DNA of 64,000 nucleotides from Polyangiaceae bacterium (GTDB lineage Bacteria; Myxococcota_A; Polyangia; Polyangiales; Polyangiaceae): NCBI GenBank assembly GCA_965222375.1, contig CBDCTZ010000011.1, positions 128,001 to 192,000 of the forward strand, read 5' to 3'. Shown piece by piece: positions 1 to 10,183 of this stretch (position 1 is its first letter; each line of letters starts with the position of its first letter). The notes under the pieces were generated by a model. It saw only the letters and a program-made list of their open reading frames with translations, ran no database searches and was not told where the DNA came from. The position numbers and the translations under genes were made by a program.

Positions 1-1063
1 CGCGTGCTTGCTTCAGCAAGGTGAGGATTGGCTTCTTGCTCGGCGGCATCGCTGTGGGCGGCGCCAGGCCGAACATTTCGTCGATGTACACCAGCGCCCG
101 CAAACCCGAGGTGCCCGACTGGCGGCGCATCCAACTGACCAGCTTGCCGAGCACCAGAGTGACGACCATCTGTCGTTCGGCGTCCGACAAGTGTGCCAGG
201 TACAGAATGGACGCCTTGGGTTTGCCGGCTTCCGTGTAGAGCAGGCGCTGAACGTCCAGGGGCTCACCTTCGAGCCAGGCGGCGAAGGATGGCGAGGCGA
301 ACAGCGTGTTGAGCCGCTTCGCGAGCTTTTCGCGATCCTTCTTGGGGAAGAACTGATCCACATCGAAGACGCCCACTTTGCGCAGCGGAGGGTCCATCAG
401 TTGCAGAATCAGGTTTCCGATGTCCACGCTGTCGCCGCGTTGCCTCGCCTGTTCCAAGAGCGTGGCCAGAAACACGTGTTCTGGAGACGACAGGGGATCA
501 GCTTCGATGCCAGCGAGGGAAAGCAAGCTGGAGACGAAGCCTTCAATCTCGTCTCGCATCGCCTCGAGATCTTCGGTGTTCGCCGAAACCGCCGAGCCCA
601 AGACATTCAGCGGGGTTCCCATGATGGAGCCTGGGGTCAGCAGTTGCATTTGTGCGCTGTTCTTCAGGGCGCGCAGGCGGCCGGGTTTGATCTCCCAAGA
701 CTCGAGACCCTCTCGCCAGGTCGTCGCGGTCTTCTCGGCCAGAGCTTCGGGCTCGATGCCTTGGCGTCGGGCAGCATCTTCCTCGATCCAGGGAGCGAAG
801 CTCTCGGCATTCAGATCCGGAAAGTTGAGCAGCAGATTGCCCATGTCGCCCTTGGGGTCGAGGATCAGGGTCGGCACGTCGGCCAACAGCGCCTCCTCCA
901 GCAGCACCACGCCAAGCCCCGTCTTACCCGAGCCCGTCATGCCCACGATCACGCCATGGGTCGTCAGCCGTCGCGCCTCGAGGAAGAGGGACTCTTGCCG
1001 CTTGCCCGTATCGACATCGATCAATCCCCCCAAGTACAAGCTTCCCCGCGGTACCTCGAGCAT
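1..1063 (-). CDS. HerA/FtsK-like P-loop ATPase (DUF87/DUF853-like), 3' end runs off the window
   Basis: Read manually on the - strand from ATG 1063 (not in ORF track): MLEVPRGSLYLGG...THGVIVGMTGSGKT (Walker A)...LILDPKGD...ALVYIDE (Walker B)...LLKQAR; open to position 1. Confidence 0.85.
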   Translation of the reverse strand, partial: MLEVPRGSLYLGGLIDVDTGKRQESLFLEARRLTTHGVIVGMTGSGKTGLGVVLLEEALLADVPTLILDPKGDMGNLLLNFPDLNAESFAPWIEEDAARRQGIEPEALAEKTATTWREGLESWEIKPGRLRALKNSAQMQLLTPGSIMGTPLNVLGSAVSANTEDLEAMRDEIEGFVSSLLSLAGIEADPLSSPEHVFLATLLEQARQRGDSVDIGNLILQLMDPPLRKVGVFDVDQFFPKKDREKLAKRLNTLFASPSFAAWLEGEPLDVQRLLYTEAGKPKASILYLAHLSDAERQMVVTLVLGKLVSWMRRQSGTSGLRALVYIDEMFGLAPPTAMPPSKKPILTLLKQAR

Positions 1064-1170
1064 GTCCGTCGAATACCACGAGCCTGCGGATTGTCCGCGC
1101 TCGGCCGGTGAAGCGCTGAAATATTGCCGTGACCGTCGCGGTCCGCCGCGAACGGGCTAAGCTGGTAGGC

Positions 1171-2709
1171 ATGCGGCGGATTGGAATTGCGGGGCTTGCG
1201 ACAATGCTGTTGCTCTTGGTGGCGTGCAGCTCATCGGATGACGAGGCGGGTAGCCAGAAAACGCCCCATGCTCCGCTGCGATTGACGACGGAGGCCACCT
1301 TGGTCCCCGAGATGATGCGAGTCGACCCGCCCGACGATCGCTCGCCGGCGGTTCCGGAAGAGCGTGACGCTCTGATGAAGGAGGGATTTGGACTGTGGAA
1401 CGACGGCCCAGCCGAGGCACACCAGACTCGCACGCCGCCAGGCGTGAGTGCACCGGCCGTCGGCGCTTCGCCCAAGCGCTTGGTGCGTTTTGTTCACATG
1501 CCGGATCTGCAGCTTGCCGACGACGAGTCGCCGACGCGGCTGTGTGGCTTCGACGCCCCGGGGCTGTTCTCGCCGGCCTTCCGGCCGCAGGACAGCAACA
1601 TGTGCCACGTGTTGAATGCTGCGGTGAAGAGCGTGAACGAACTCAGCAGTGTGGATCCCATCGACTTCTTGATGCTCGGGGGCGACAACGCCGACAGCGC
1701 TCAGGAAAACGAGATCAATTGGGTGCTGTCGATCTTGAGTGGCGCCGACACTGTCGAGTGCGATTCCGGCGACGACGACGACCCCCGAAAGGGAGCCAAC
1801 AACGACGGCAAGGATCCCTTCAAGGCGCCCGGGCTGGAGGTGCCCTGGAAGTGGGTCACCGGGAACCACGACATCCTGGTTCAGGGCAACTTGCCCGTTT
1901 CGGATCTCAAGAACCTCGAGGCGGTTGGCACGACCGCAGTCGCGGGCACCCGAGATTGGTCACAGCCGGGCGGTCCGGTGATCAAGGGGGATGTCATCGC
2001 TGACCCGATGCGCCGCCTGCTGACACGTGCCGAAGTCATGCAGAAGATTGCCGCGGATGGCGACGGGCATGGCGTGGGCAGCGCGCAAGTTCAATCCGGC
2101 AAAGCGATCTACACCTTTGACGTGGAGGGCACGCAGCTGCGCTTTTTGGTCCTCGATACAGCCTCTGAGACCGGGGGCTCCGATGGGTTGATTCGGCAGG
2201 GAGACGTCGACACGGTGATCAAGCCCGCCCTGGACCAGGCGATGGCGGACGGCAAGGTCGTCATTCTCTCGTCGCACCACGCGATCAGTTCCTTGGGCGA
2301 TGGCACTGGCTTGGGGGGAACCGCCCAGCCCGATGCGGTGCTGGAGCCGGCCTGGTTGAACGTGCTTTCGGCCTACCCCAATGTGTTGTTCAGCATGGTG
2401 GGTCACAGTCACACCAACCGTGTTCGCTTCTTGGAGACCACAGCCGGGCTGGGGCATTGGGAAGTGATGACCAGCGCTCTAGCGGACTATCCCCATCAGA
2501 TCCGCATTGTCGAAATCTGGGATCAAGACAACGGCTTTTTGATGATGCGCACGACCAACGTGGACTTCGCGACCTACGATGATGAAGTGGCCAAGGAGGG
2601 GCGCAGGCTGGGGATCTTGGATTTCGCGTCTGGCTGGGGTGACGGCGAAGGCAGCGGCGCCCCGGAGGATCGCAACGTCGAGGTTTGGATCGAAAAGCCG
2701 AAGCCGTGA
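1171..2709 (+). CDS. Calcineurin-like metallophosphoesterase lipoprotein
   Basis: Lipobox LVAC; metal-site motifs HMPDLQ, GGDNAD, GNHD, SHH, GHSH; TAAGCT 7 nt before ATG 1171. Confidence 0.85.
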   Translation: MRRIGIAGLATMLLLLVACSSSDDEAGSQKTPHAPLRLTTEATLVPEMMRVDPPDDRSPAVPEERDALMKEGFGLWNDGPAEAHQTRTPPGVSAPAVGASPKRLVRFVHMPDLQLADDESPTRLCGFDAPGLFSPAFRPQDSNMCHVLNAAVKSVNELSSVDPIDFLMLGGDNADSAQENEINWVLSILSGADTVECDSGDDDDPRKGANNDGKDPFKAPGLEVPWKWVTGNHDILVQGNLPVSDLKNLEAVGTTAVAGTRDWSQPGGPVIKGDVIADPMRRLLTRAEVMQKIAADGDGHGVGSAQVQSGKAIYTFDVEGTQLRFLVLDTASETGGSDGLIRQGDVDTVIKPALDQAMADGKVVILSSHHAISSLGDGTGLGGTAQPDAVLEPAWLNVLSAYPNVLFSMVGHSHTNRVRFLETTAGLGHWEVMTSALADYPHQIRIVEIWDQDNGFLMMRTTNVDFATYDDEVAKEGRRLGILDFASGWGDGEGSGAPEDRNVEVWIEKPKP

Positions 2710-2748
2710 ACGATAGGCTGCCGAGTCTGCCATCGGCATTCCCTAGGT

Positions 2749-4626
2749 TCACTTTTTGGTGGCGAGCTCTGCGATGAGTTCCCGTAGCGTTTCTTCCGCT
2801 ATGGGTTTGGTCAACCGACGGTTGCCCACAGTTTCCAGGAACTGCTCGGCGCGGGGGGTGAACGCGCCGCCCGTGATGAAGACGACCCTTTCGACCAACT
2901 CAGGGCGGTATTGGGTCAGGGCGACGTGAAAGTCCACGCCGCTCATTCCGGGCATCATCACGTCGCAGAGGATCAGGTCGAAGGATAGGCCCTGCAAGAG
3001 AAGCGTCAACGCCTCACGAGCATCACGGGCCGCAGTGACGTCATGCTGGCCGCGCAAACTGCGCTTGAGCGCCCGACCGATGAGCGGCTCATCGTCGATC
3101 ACCAAGATCCCGGTTTTGGGAACGTCGGGTGCCGAACTTCTAGGTGCCGTTCGCGGACGCAGAGACACGGTTTCGCCAACGGGTAGCAGTACCCGAAAGG
3201 TCGTGCCCTTGCCCACCTGGCTCTCGACGGTGATTCTGCCGCCCGCGCGGGTCACGATCCCATGGCAGACGGACAGACCCAAGCCAGTCCCCGTTTCCAT
3301 GGGTCGGGCGGTGAAGAAGGGTTCGAAGACCCGGTTGATGGCATCTGCCGGGATCCCCGCGCCGGTATCTGACACGACGATTTCTACGTTGTCGCCTTCG
3401 CCAAGGCCCAAACCAACGACGATGCGGTTCTTGTCCGTATCGCCTTCAGAGATGGATTGAGAAGCGTTGAGCAGCAGATTGACCAGGACTTGCACCAGGC
3501 GCTGAGAGCCGATGGCCACGCTGGGTGTGGGTTGAAACTCACGTCCGAGTCGAGCGCGATGGCGGATTTCGTTCTGGACGATGGCCACGGCAGCTTCGAT
3601 GGCAGCGCGTGGGTCGGCGGTTGCGGAACCCGGCAGGTCCGGGCGCGAGAACGTCTTCAAGTCGCCGACGACTTGGGCCACGCGATTGATGCCGGAGAGG
3701 GTCTCTTCCAGCGCCACGCAGGCTTCCTGGGCTTGCTCCATCACCTCGGGCGCGGATTGGCCTAGCGCATCTTGGGCACTGGTCAGCACCCGTCTTGCAA
3801 ACTCCACGTTCGTCGTCAGGTAGGATAGAGGGTTGTTGATCTCGTGGGCCACCCCGGCTGCCAGAAAACCAACGCTCGCCATGCGCTCGGATTGCACCAA
3901 TGAGGTCTGCATGCGTTTCTGCTCAGTCAGATTGCGCACGAGCAACAGCGCGTCTTCGGAGCCGCACGGCAGAATTCGAGCTTCGAAAATCCGTGGCTCG
4001 ACGCCCTCCTCGACGCGGGAATACTCCACGGTGCTGTGATCGCGTCGCTCCAGAGCACGCTCGATGGCGTCTTCGATGGCTGCGGCCTGGGCATCTGGAA
4101 ACAACTCCGCAACCGATAGCCCTGCCGGGCTATCGGTTTCCAATCCGGCTTGTTCGGGGTTGGAAATGTCCGCGTCCAAGCAACGACCATCCCGCCCGAA
4201 GCGCAGCATGCAATCGGGCATGGCACTGAGCAGGGCGCTGGCCCGTTGCTCGGCGACCCGCTGGTCCGTTACGTCGACAACGGCCCCTTCGAAGTACTTG
4301 ACGTCTCCCTGACCGTCTTTGACCGCGCGGGCGCTGTCTCGTAGCCAGCGGATGCTGCCGTCCTTACGGCGTTTCTGCACTTCGAAGTCGGTGACCTTGC
4401 CGTCCTTGGCCATGGCCTCCTTCCAGCGCAGGCGATCTCTCGGATCCACGTAGAGATTCACGCTCTGCACGTGGCGCAGCTCCTCCCAGCTGTCGTAGCC
4501 GAGGATGTGTACCAGCGTCGGGTTGGCGTCCAAGAATGCCCCCGCGGGCGTCGTTTGATACACCCCCACCGGCAAATGCTCGAATAGCTCGCGATAGCGG
4601 TCCGCGCGCGAGACTTTGACGCGCAT
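2749..4626 (-). CDS. Hybrid sensor histidine kinase (PAS-PAS-HisKA-HATPase-REC), cytoplasmic
   Basis: PAS/PAC segments, H-box AHEINNPL, N-box NLLLNA, G-boxes DTGAG and GTGLGL, receiver IDDE...CDVMMP...KP; start may be 4686. Confidence 0.92.
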   Translation of the reverse strand: MRVKVSRADRYRELFEHLPVGVYQTTPAGAFLDANPTLVHILGYDSWEELRHVQSVNLYVDPRDRLRWKEAMAKDGKVTDFEVQKRRKDGSIRWLRDSARAVKDGQGDVKYFEGAVVDVTDQRVAEQRASALLSAMPDCMLRFGRDGRCLDADISNPEQAGLETDSPAGLSVAELFPDAQAAAIEDAIERALERRDHSTVEYSRVEEGVEPRIFEARILPCGSEDALLLVRNLTEQKRMQTSLVQSERMASVGFLAAGVAHEINNPLSYLTTNVEFARRVLTSAQDALGQSAPEVMEQAQEACVALEETLSGINRVAQVVGDLKTFSRPDLPGSATADPRAAIEAAVAIVQNEIRHRARLGREFQPTPSVAIGSQRLVQVLVNLLLNASQSISEGDTDKNRIVVGLGLGEGDNVEIVVSDTGAGIPADAINRVFEPFFTARPMETGTGLGLSVCHGIVTRAGGRITVESQVGKGTTFRVLLPVGETVSLRPRTAPRSSAPDVPKTGILVIDDEPLIGRALKRSLRGQHDVTAARDAREALTLLLQGLSFDLILCDVMMPGMSGVDFHVALTQYRPELVERVVFITGGAFTPRAEQFLETVGNRRLTKPIAEETLRELIAELATKK

Positions 4627-4793
4627 TTTGCTCTTGGGGCGGTTGGACACGGGGCTTTGAACGTATGGACGGCTGCCCCGGGGCAACCTTGAGGCAGCGA
4701 GGTACGAGGCGGTCAGAAGAGAAGGAAACCGTGCCCTTGCGGGCCCGCTGGGCGTCGTCAGACAACGCCGCTAGCGGCGGAATGAGCGCAACT

Positions 4794-5498
4794 TCAGCAG
4801 GGCGTGCAATTGCAGGATGAACCGCAGGTCGTAGTGGGCTTGGGGGGGCCACTGCAAGTGGCTGTGCACGAGTTGGCGCCACAGTTCAGCTTGGCGCCAC
4901 TGCAGGGGTTCACGTTCGCCCCGCATTCGAGAGAGCAAGGTCCGTCCTTGCAGTTGAGCTTGGCGCCTCCGCAAGCCTGCTTGGCCAGGCAACCGAGGTA
5001 GCATGCGTGCCCGGCGGGGCAGTCGAAGGTGCCGCCACCGCACGCTCCTTGGACGGTGCACTCGATGCGGCAGTGAAACCCCGTTGGGCAAACCACAGGG
5101 GCGCCGCTGCATTCGTTGCTCGTGTCGCACCGGATCAAGCAGGTGCCGTTGGCGCACCCACCGTCGCAGATCCCCGGACATCCGGTACCCGTAGGTGGCG
5201 CGGCGGTACCACAACTCCCGCCGGTTCCTCCGGTTGGCGTGCCTCCGGTTCCACCACTCGGCGCTGCGCCCAACCCGCCACTTCCCGGGCCCCCAGCCGC
5301 GCCGGACGCCCCGCCCGCGCCCGCGCCGTGACCTCCTGCACCGGCGGTGCTCCCGCCGACTCCCGACGTGCCCGCGCTACCGCTCGCCCCCACGCCGGCC
5401 GAACCCGCCGCCGGCCCCCCATCTACGCGTGGGGCCTCGTCTGGGAACACACGGCACGCAGCCAAAAGTAGAACCGGAACCAGGGGTGCCAGACGCAC
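4794..5498 (-). CDS. Lipoprotein with Gly-rich linker and Cys-rich C-terminal domain
   Basis: Lipobox LAAC, about 70 aa G/S/A/T linker, more than 20 Cys in repeated C..GG..F/L.C units. Confidence 0.75.
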   Translation of the reverse strand: MRLAPLVPVLLLAACRVFPDEAPRVDGGPAAGSAGVGASGSAGTSGVGGSTAGAGGHGAGAGGASGAAGGPGSGGLGAAPSGGTGGTPTGGTGGSCGTAAPPTGTGCPGICDGGCANGTCLIRCDTSNECSGAPVVCPTGFHCRIECTVQGACGGGTFDCPAGHACYLGCLAKQACGGAKLNCKDGPCSLECGANVNPCSGAKLNCGANSCTATCSGPPKPTTTCGSSCNCTPC

Positions 5499-5552
5499 AC
5501 GTCAGTCTACCACGCTCTCCATGCGCGGGCAGGTCTGTGGTCTGAGCAATCG

Positions 5553-6248
5553 CTAGCTGGTGCTCTCCGCCGAGTCCACCGGCTGCTTGCTCTCCATGAT
5601 CTTGCGGCTGATCCAAACGTAGGCCCCAAAGCCGAGAATCACTCCCGGAATCACGAACTTGGCGTTCGCCTTCACGACGTCTTTGCCTTGATGCACGATT
5701 TCCGCATAGCTCATCGCCGCGGTATGCGCGCCAATGGTGTAGCCAATGATCGTGAGAGTGATCATCCAGATCCCAGCACCGAGCCCCGTCCACAGGCTGA
5801 AGCTGCGCAGTGGCATCCGGGAGATCCCCGCAGGAATGGAAATGAGCTGACGGATCGCCGGCAACAGACGACAGAAGAACGTCGCGCCGGCGCCATACTG
5901 GCGGAATACCTCTTCTGCGCGCTTCAGCTTGGGAGGGGGTAGCAGGAAGTACTTGCCGTATTTCTCCAGGAAGGGCGTGCCCAGCCAACTGAATAGGTAG
6001 TAGTTGATGTAGGCGCCAGCGAGCGAACCAGCGGTGCCGGCAATCACGCACAGCACCGCATCCGTCATCGGGCTTCCGGTGCTCAGCTGTCCCCGCGCCG
6101 CCAAGAAGCCCGCTGGGATCATCACGACTTCGCTGGGAAAGGGGATGAAAGAGCTTTCCAGCGTCATGAACAAGAAGATGAGGATGAAGCCCCAGGTTGC
6201 AGCGTTGGCGGCGGCCGCCTCGATGTATTGAATAAGGATGTCGGTCAC
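5553..6248 (-). CDS. dedA: DedA family membrane protein
   Basis: ESSFIPFPSE, GSLAGAYINYY, FFCRLLPAIRQLISIPAG motifs. Confidence 0.92.
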   Translation of the reverse strand: MTDILIQYIEAAAANAATWGFILIFLFMTLESSFIPFPSEVVMIPAGFLAARGQLSTGSPMTDAVLCVIAGTAGSLAGAYINYYLFSWLGTPFLEKYGKYFLLPPPKLKRAEEVFRQYGAGATFFCRLLPAIRQLISIPAGISRMPLRSFSLWTGLGAGIWMITLTIIGYTIGAHTAAMSYAEIVHQGKDVVKANAKFVIPGVILGFGAYVWISRKIMESKQPVDSAESTS

Positions 6249-6343
6249 GGAAAACCTCGCAGCCGGCGGTTAGCGCAAGTTTTGCCGTGCGTCGAATTTC
6301 CCGCGCGCTGGGGTCCGGGGGTGGGACAAAAGGCGTCTGACGC

Positions 6344-7510
6344 CTAGTTCGGCCGGGCGAAGACGAAGGGGAACGTGACCGAAGTCGAGCTCCCCGCCGC
6401 CGGAAAACGCCAGCGGCGCGCCAGGTTGGCCACGCAGCTGCCGAGGCCCGGGTAGCCGGGTGGGTCGGCGGCGACGGAACGGCTGACAGCGCCGGATGGA
6501 GCGATGGTCAACTTCAATGTCACCCGCGCCGTCGGCGGTGCGTTCGGACCGTCCTTGCGCACCGCCCAACAGCCCCGCATGACGCTCCCCCGATTCTGCG
6601 AGATCACCTTTCGGACTTGAGCAGGCGACAGCTTCGAACCGGAGGCCTTGGAGGGTCGGGACCACGGGTCGACTACCGACGGCTTGGACGCCGAGGGCTT
6701 CTGAGCCTTCCTCATCGCGTCCTCGAGGTCGCTACTCGACGCGGGCGGCGTACTACCCCATGGGTCGAGCACTCTCGAACCTCCCGACGGCGGTGTCCGG
6801 GGGGTCTTGAAAGGATTGATCAAGCTCGAGTCGTCCGTGCTCTTGAAGACGAACGGTACCTGCACGGTGCCGCCGCTCTTCGAGGCCGGGAACCGCCAGC
6901 TTCGGGCTTGCCGAGACACGCAGCGCGCCAGCCCCGGATACCCCTGGTCGCTACCCGTTGTGACTGCGGAAGCAACCTGGCCATCCGCGCCGACCTTCAA
7001 GCGCGTGGACAGTCGTACGGAGTCCGGTGCGCTCGGACTTCGCTTGGCCAGCGCCGGCGCGAAGCAGCGTCGATGTAGCGTCTGCTTCTGCGCCGCGACG
7101 ACTCGTTGAACGGCACTAGGATCGAGCTTGCGGGAGGGATCGCCCCACGGGTCGAGTACCTTTGCGCTTGCGGCTTTGCCGCGTGGTGCCCGCGGAGTCG
7201 GCGCCCGCTTGAAGGGGTTGACCAAGCTTTGCGAAGGCTTCGCGCTGCCGGCTGGTGCCGCAGCGACGGTGCCGCCAGGTCCCGGACGCTCCGGGGAAAT
7301 CCCCTCGATCGTGCTACGGGTGCCCGCCCAGATTGCCACGGCTGCGGCTAGCGCCACCGCCCCAATCGCCACTGCGCGCCAGGGCATTCGCCCAGGCAGT
7401 TTCAGGGACTGCGCGCTCGGCTGATAGCGCAGGCTCGACAAGGTCTCTTCCAGGGCCCGCACTTCTTCGTCCACGGCGCCGGAGCCGTCCCACAAGTAGT
7501 CAGTCGTCAT
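6344..7510 (-). CDS. Putative anti-sigma membrane protein with two AgmX/PglI (TonB-C-like) C-terminal domains
   Basis: Overlaps the ECF gene stop; N-terminal DYLWDGSG, one TM, duplicated ...C.....P....V.L.....G.V.....CV....RRWRFP.....V..PFVF domains. Confidence 0.7.
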   Translation of the reverse strand: MTTDYLWDGSGAVDEEVRALEETLSSLRYQPSAQSLKLPGRMPWRAVAIGAVALAAAVAIWAGTRSTIEGISPERPGPGGTVAAAPAGSAKPSQSLVNPFKRAPTPRAPRGKAASAKVLDPWGDPSRKLDPSAVQRVVAAQKQTLHRRCFAPALAKRSPSAPDSVRLSTRLKVGADGQVASAVTTGSDQGYPGLARCVSRQARSWRFPASKSGGTVQVPFVFKSTDDSSLINPFKTPRTPPSGGSRVLDPWGSTPPASSSDLEDAMRKAQKPSASKPSVVDPWSRPSKASGSKLSPAQVRKVISQNRGSVMRGCWAVRKDGPNAPPTARVTLKLTIAPSGAVSRSVAADPPGYPGLGSCVANLARRWRFPAAGSSTSVTFPFVFARPN

Positions 7511-8124
7511 CGCTCGCCCAGCCTCTCTCGCAACAAGCGCATGCCGCGGTGCAGATTGACTCGAACCGAGCCCGGGGAGAGCCCGGTGCGCTCGGCGATT
7601 TCCGGTCCCGTCATGCCTTCGACCAAACGCAGCACCAAGGGCTCTCGATACGCTTCCGGCAGCTCGCGGATCACTTCGAGCACCTGCTCTGCTTCAGCGC
7701 GTCGAGGATCTGCTGAGGGAATGTCCGGGGACAGTTCGGAGTGGTGCCGGCGGCGACGCAGAAAGTCTTTGGCTCGGTTTCGGGCCACACTGCAGAGCCA
7801 ACCCCCGAACGCTTCCGGCTCCTTCACGCTGCCCAGCTTCGCGTGCGCGGTCAGGAACACTTCTTGGGTCAGGTCGTCCGCATCGGCCTTCGGCAAGCGT
7901 GCCAGCAAGACGCCGTGAACCAGCGGCGCGTAGCGCTCGAACAAACGGCCAAACGCGACATCGTCTCCGCTTTGAGCGGCTCGCACCAGCGCGGCGTCTC
8001 CAGTGCTGCTCGTAGAAGCTTGCACCAGCGCTGGGTCCCCTGTGGCGCGAGTAGAAGCTTTCACCGGCGGCGACCATTGTGCACGCTTGGCTTGCTCCGG
8101 GGGGCCGAAGTGCAGAGGCCCCAA
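7507..8124 (-). CDS. ECF RNA polymerase sigma factor
   Basis: Region 2 ADDLTQEVF...FGGWLCSVARNRAKD; region 4 LPEAYRE...EIAERTG...VRVNLHRG; start uncertain (8124 or 8064). Confidence 0.92.
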   Translation of the reverse strand: MGPLHFGPPEQAKRAQWSPPVKASTRATGDPALVQASTSSTGDAALVRAAQSGDDVAFGRLFERYAPLVHGVLLARLPKADADDLTQEVFLTAHAKLGSVKEPEAFGGWLCSVARNRAKDFLRRRRHHSELSPDIPSADPRRAEAEQVLEVIRELPEAYREPLVLRLVEGMTGPEIAERTGLSPGSVRVNLHRGMRLLRERLGER

Positions 8125-8248
8125 GCTGGCCGCGGCAACAGATACGCGTCGGTTGATGGAGTTGAGACGCGCCCTCGGGCTGAAGTGTTAACCGGCCAAG
8201 GCGTATTCGTGCGCAACCTTCTGAATTATTTGGTCTATTTCTTTCGGC

Positions 8249-8779
8249 CTAACGAAACATCGGCTCCAGGGTACGCGCTAGCTTGTCCTCGGCCCGGGCG
8301 CGGCGTTCCGCTGAGCTGTTTTGGATATTCCGCACCAGAGTCCGGATGTGTTTGCGATCCAGCTCAGGGTGGACTTCCAGAAGTGCGTTGAGCGCCTCGT
8401 TGCCCTGTCCGAGCAGTTTGACGATCCATTCGCGCGCCTGGGCATCGCTGGCCGCACGAGGGCCAAGGGGGTTGACCCGGCCATGCTTTTGCAGTTGGTC
8501 CAGGCGCGCCACGATCGCTGGCCAGTTGTTGCTGCGGAGTTGACCGCGGACAATCCGGAGCTGGCGATTGCGAGCGCCGTGGGAGCGCATGGCCTTGGCG
8601 GATAGGATGGCGTCGAGAACCTCCTCGGGAAGCTCCAGTTTCTCGAGCTTGGCTTCGGAAAGCTCCGACAGGCTCTTGGCCAGGCGAGCCAGAGCGTCTT
8701 CTCGGGTCTTACGCGCCCGTTTGATGTCGCTCCTGGACGTCAGATCTTCGTCGTCTGCGTCGCTTGGGTCGTCCGGCAT
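8249..8779 (-). CDS. yjgA: Ribosome-associated protein YjgA/DarP (DUF615)
   Basis: SRSDIKR...LELPEEVLDAI...ARNRQLRIV...HPELDRKHIRTLVRN. Confidence 0.8.
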   Translation of the reverse strand: MPDDPSDADDEDLTSRSDIKRARKTREDALARLAKSLSELSEAKLEKLELPEEVLDAILSAKAMRSHGARNRQLRIVRGQLRSNNWPAIVARLDQLQKHGRVNPLGPRAASDAQAREWIVKLLGQGNEALNALLEVHPELDRKHIRTLVRNIQNSSAERRARAEDKLARTLEPMFR

Positions 8780-8868
8780 GCGGCGACTTTGGCATGCCCT
8801 CGGAGATTGCGCACGGTCTGCGCGTAGTTTCCGTTGACCTTTGGCCGACAACGACGCGAGATCTCTCC

Positions 8869-9891
8869 ATGCGGCCCTGGTCCAAGCCTCTGGCTAGCAA
8901 GATCGAAAAGCGTGTCATCGATAGCGAGGCGCTCCGCGACAATCATCTGGGCGATCCTCATGAACGGCCAGTTTGGGTGCAGCTGCCTCCAGCCTATGCA
9001 GCGGATACCACGCGGCGTTTCCCTGTCGTTTACCAACTCATGGGTCTGACGGGGCAAGTCGATATGTGGGAAAACCGCGCGCCGTTCCGCATGAACGTGC
9101 TGGAACTCTTCGATGATGTGCTGCAGCGGGAAGATGTGCCTCCCTGCATCGTCGTCTACGTGGACTGCTGGACTCGACTCGGTGGCAGCCAGTATGTCGA
9201 CTCACCTGGAACCGGGCGCTACCAGACGTACCTTTGCGATGAGGTGGTTCCTTTCGTGGACGCCGAGTACCGCACTCTCGCCTCGAACGCCCACCGTGGT
9301 GTGCAAGGCAAGTCCAGCGGTGGCTATGGCGCGATGATCGTGCCCATGTGCCGCCCCGATGTTTTTTCCGGGCTGGCCACCCATGCCGGAGATGCGCTGT
9401 TCGAGAACTGCTTCCTGCCGGGCTTTGCGCAGTGCGCACGCGCGTTGCGCGATGACTACCATGGCTCTTTCGACGAGTTTTGGAAGAGCTTCTACGGCCG
9501 ACCGCCCTTCAGCCGGGAGAGCGACATGCCGATGCTCAACACCTGGTGTATGGCGGCCTGTTTTTCGGCGGACGCCGACGGCAGCGTACAGCTACCATTC
9601 GATCCTCGTACCGGCGCGTTGATCCCAGAAATCTGGGAGCGCTGGCTGGCCTGGGATCCGGTACGCATGGTCGAAAAGCACGTCGACGCGCTCCGGGCCA
9701 TGAAGGCCATCTATGTGGACGCGGGCAATCGAGACCAGTGGTTCCTGGATCTCGGCGCGACGGCCTTCGTTCGGCAGCTCGAGCGCAACGGAATATCCAG
9801 CTTCTACTTCGAGTTGTTCAACGCGACCCATACAGCCATCGAGTATCGGTACCCCCTCGCCCTCGAATATTTGGCCAAACGCCTCGCCTGA
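8869..9891 (+). CDS. Esterase, alpha/beta hydrolase (enterochelin esterase-like)
   Basis: HLGDPHERPVWVQLPP, RFPVVY, nucleophile motif GKSSGGYG, DAG..D and H near the C-terminus. Confidence 0.85.
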   Translation: MRPWSKPLASKIEKRVIDSEALRDNHLGDPHERPVWVQLPPAYAADTTRRFPVVYQLMGLTGQVDMWENRAPFRMNVLELFDDVLQREDVPPCIVVYVDCWTRLGGSQYVDSPGTGRYQTYLCDEVVPFVDAEYRTLASNAHRGVQGKSSGGYGAMIVPMCRPDVFSGLATHAGDALFENCFLPGFAQCARALRDDYHGSFDEFWKSFYGRPPFSRESDMPMLNTWCMAACFSADADGSVQLPFDPRTGALIPEIWERWLAWDPVRMVEKHVDALRAMKAIYVDAGNRDQWFLDLGATAFVRQLERNGISSFYFELFNATHTAIEYRYPLALEYLAKRLA

Positions 9892-10183
9892 GAGCTCCGT
9901 GGCTATCGGCCACCTCGTCATCAGCTGCAGAGTGAAGCGAGCGTCACGTTCGCCGCCCTGCGTTTCTGCGCGGCCGCTCGCCTCCATGCTGACACTCGTC
10001 ATGCGCTGGCGGGACGATGTACGTCGAGGTGCGCAGCTTCACGGCTCAGAAAACGTCGACCCGCAGCGTCGCAGGGCCGGCGGCGGGCTCGGGATTTCCG
10101 TGCAGATTGTGCGGACATTTTTGGCGCCGCATGGCTATAGTCATGGGATCTGAAAAACCCACACACCCAAAAGGGGCGAGGTC

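Noticed and set aside
8..1111. 367-aa + strand ORF
   Set aside because: Antisense shadow of the HerA-like ATPase, which has clear Walker motifs on the - strand
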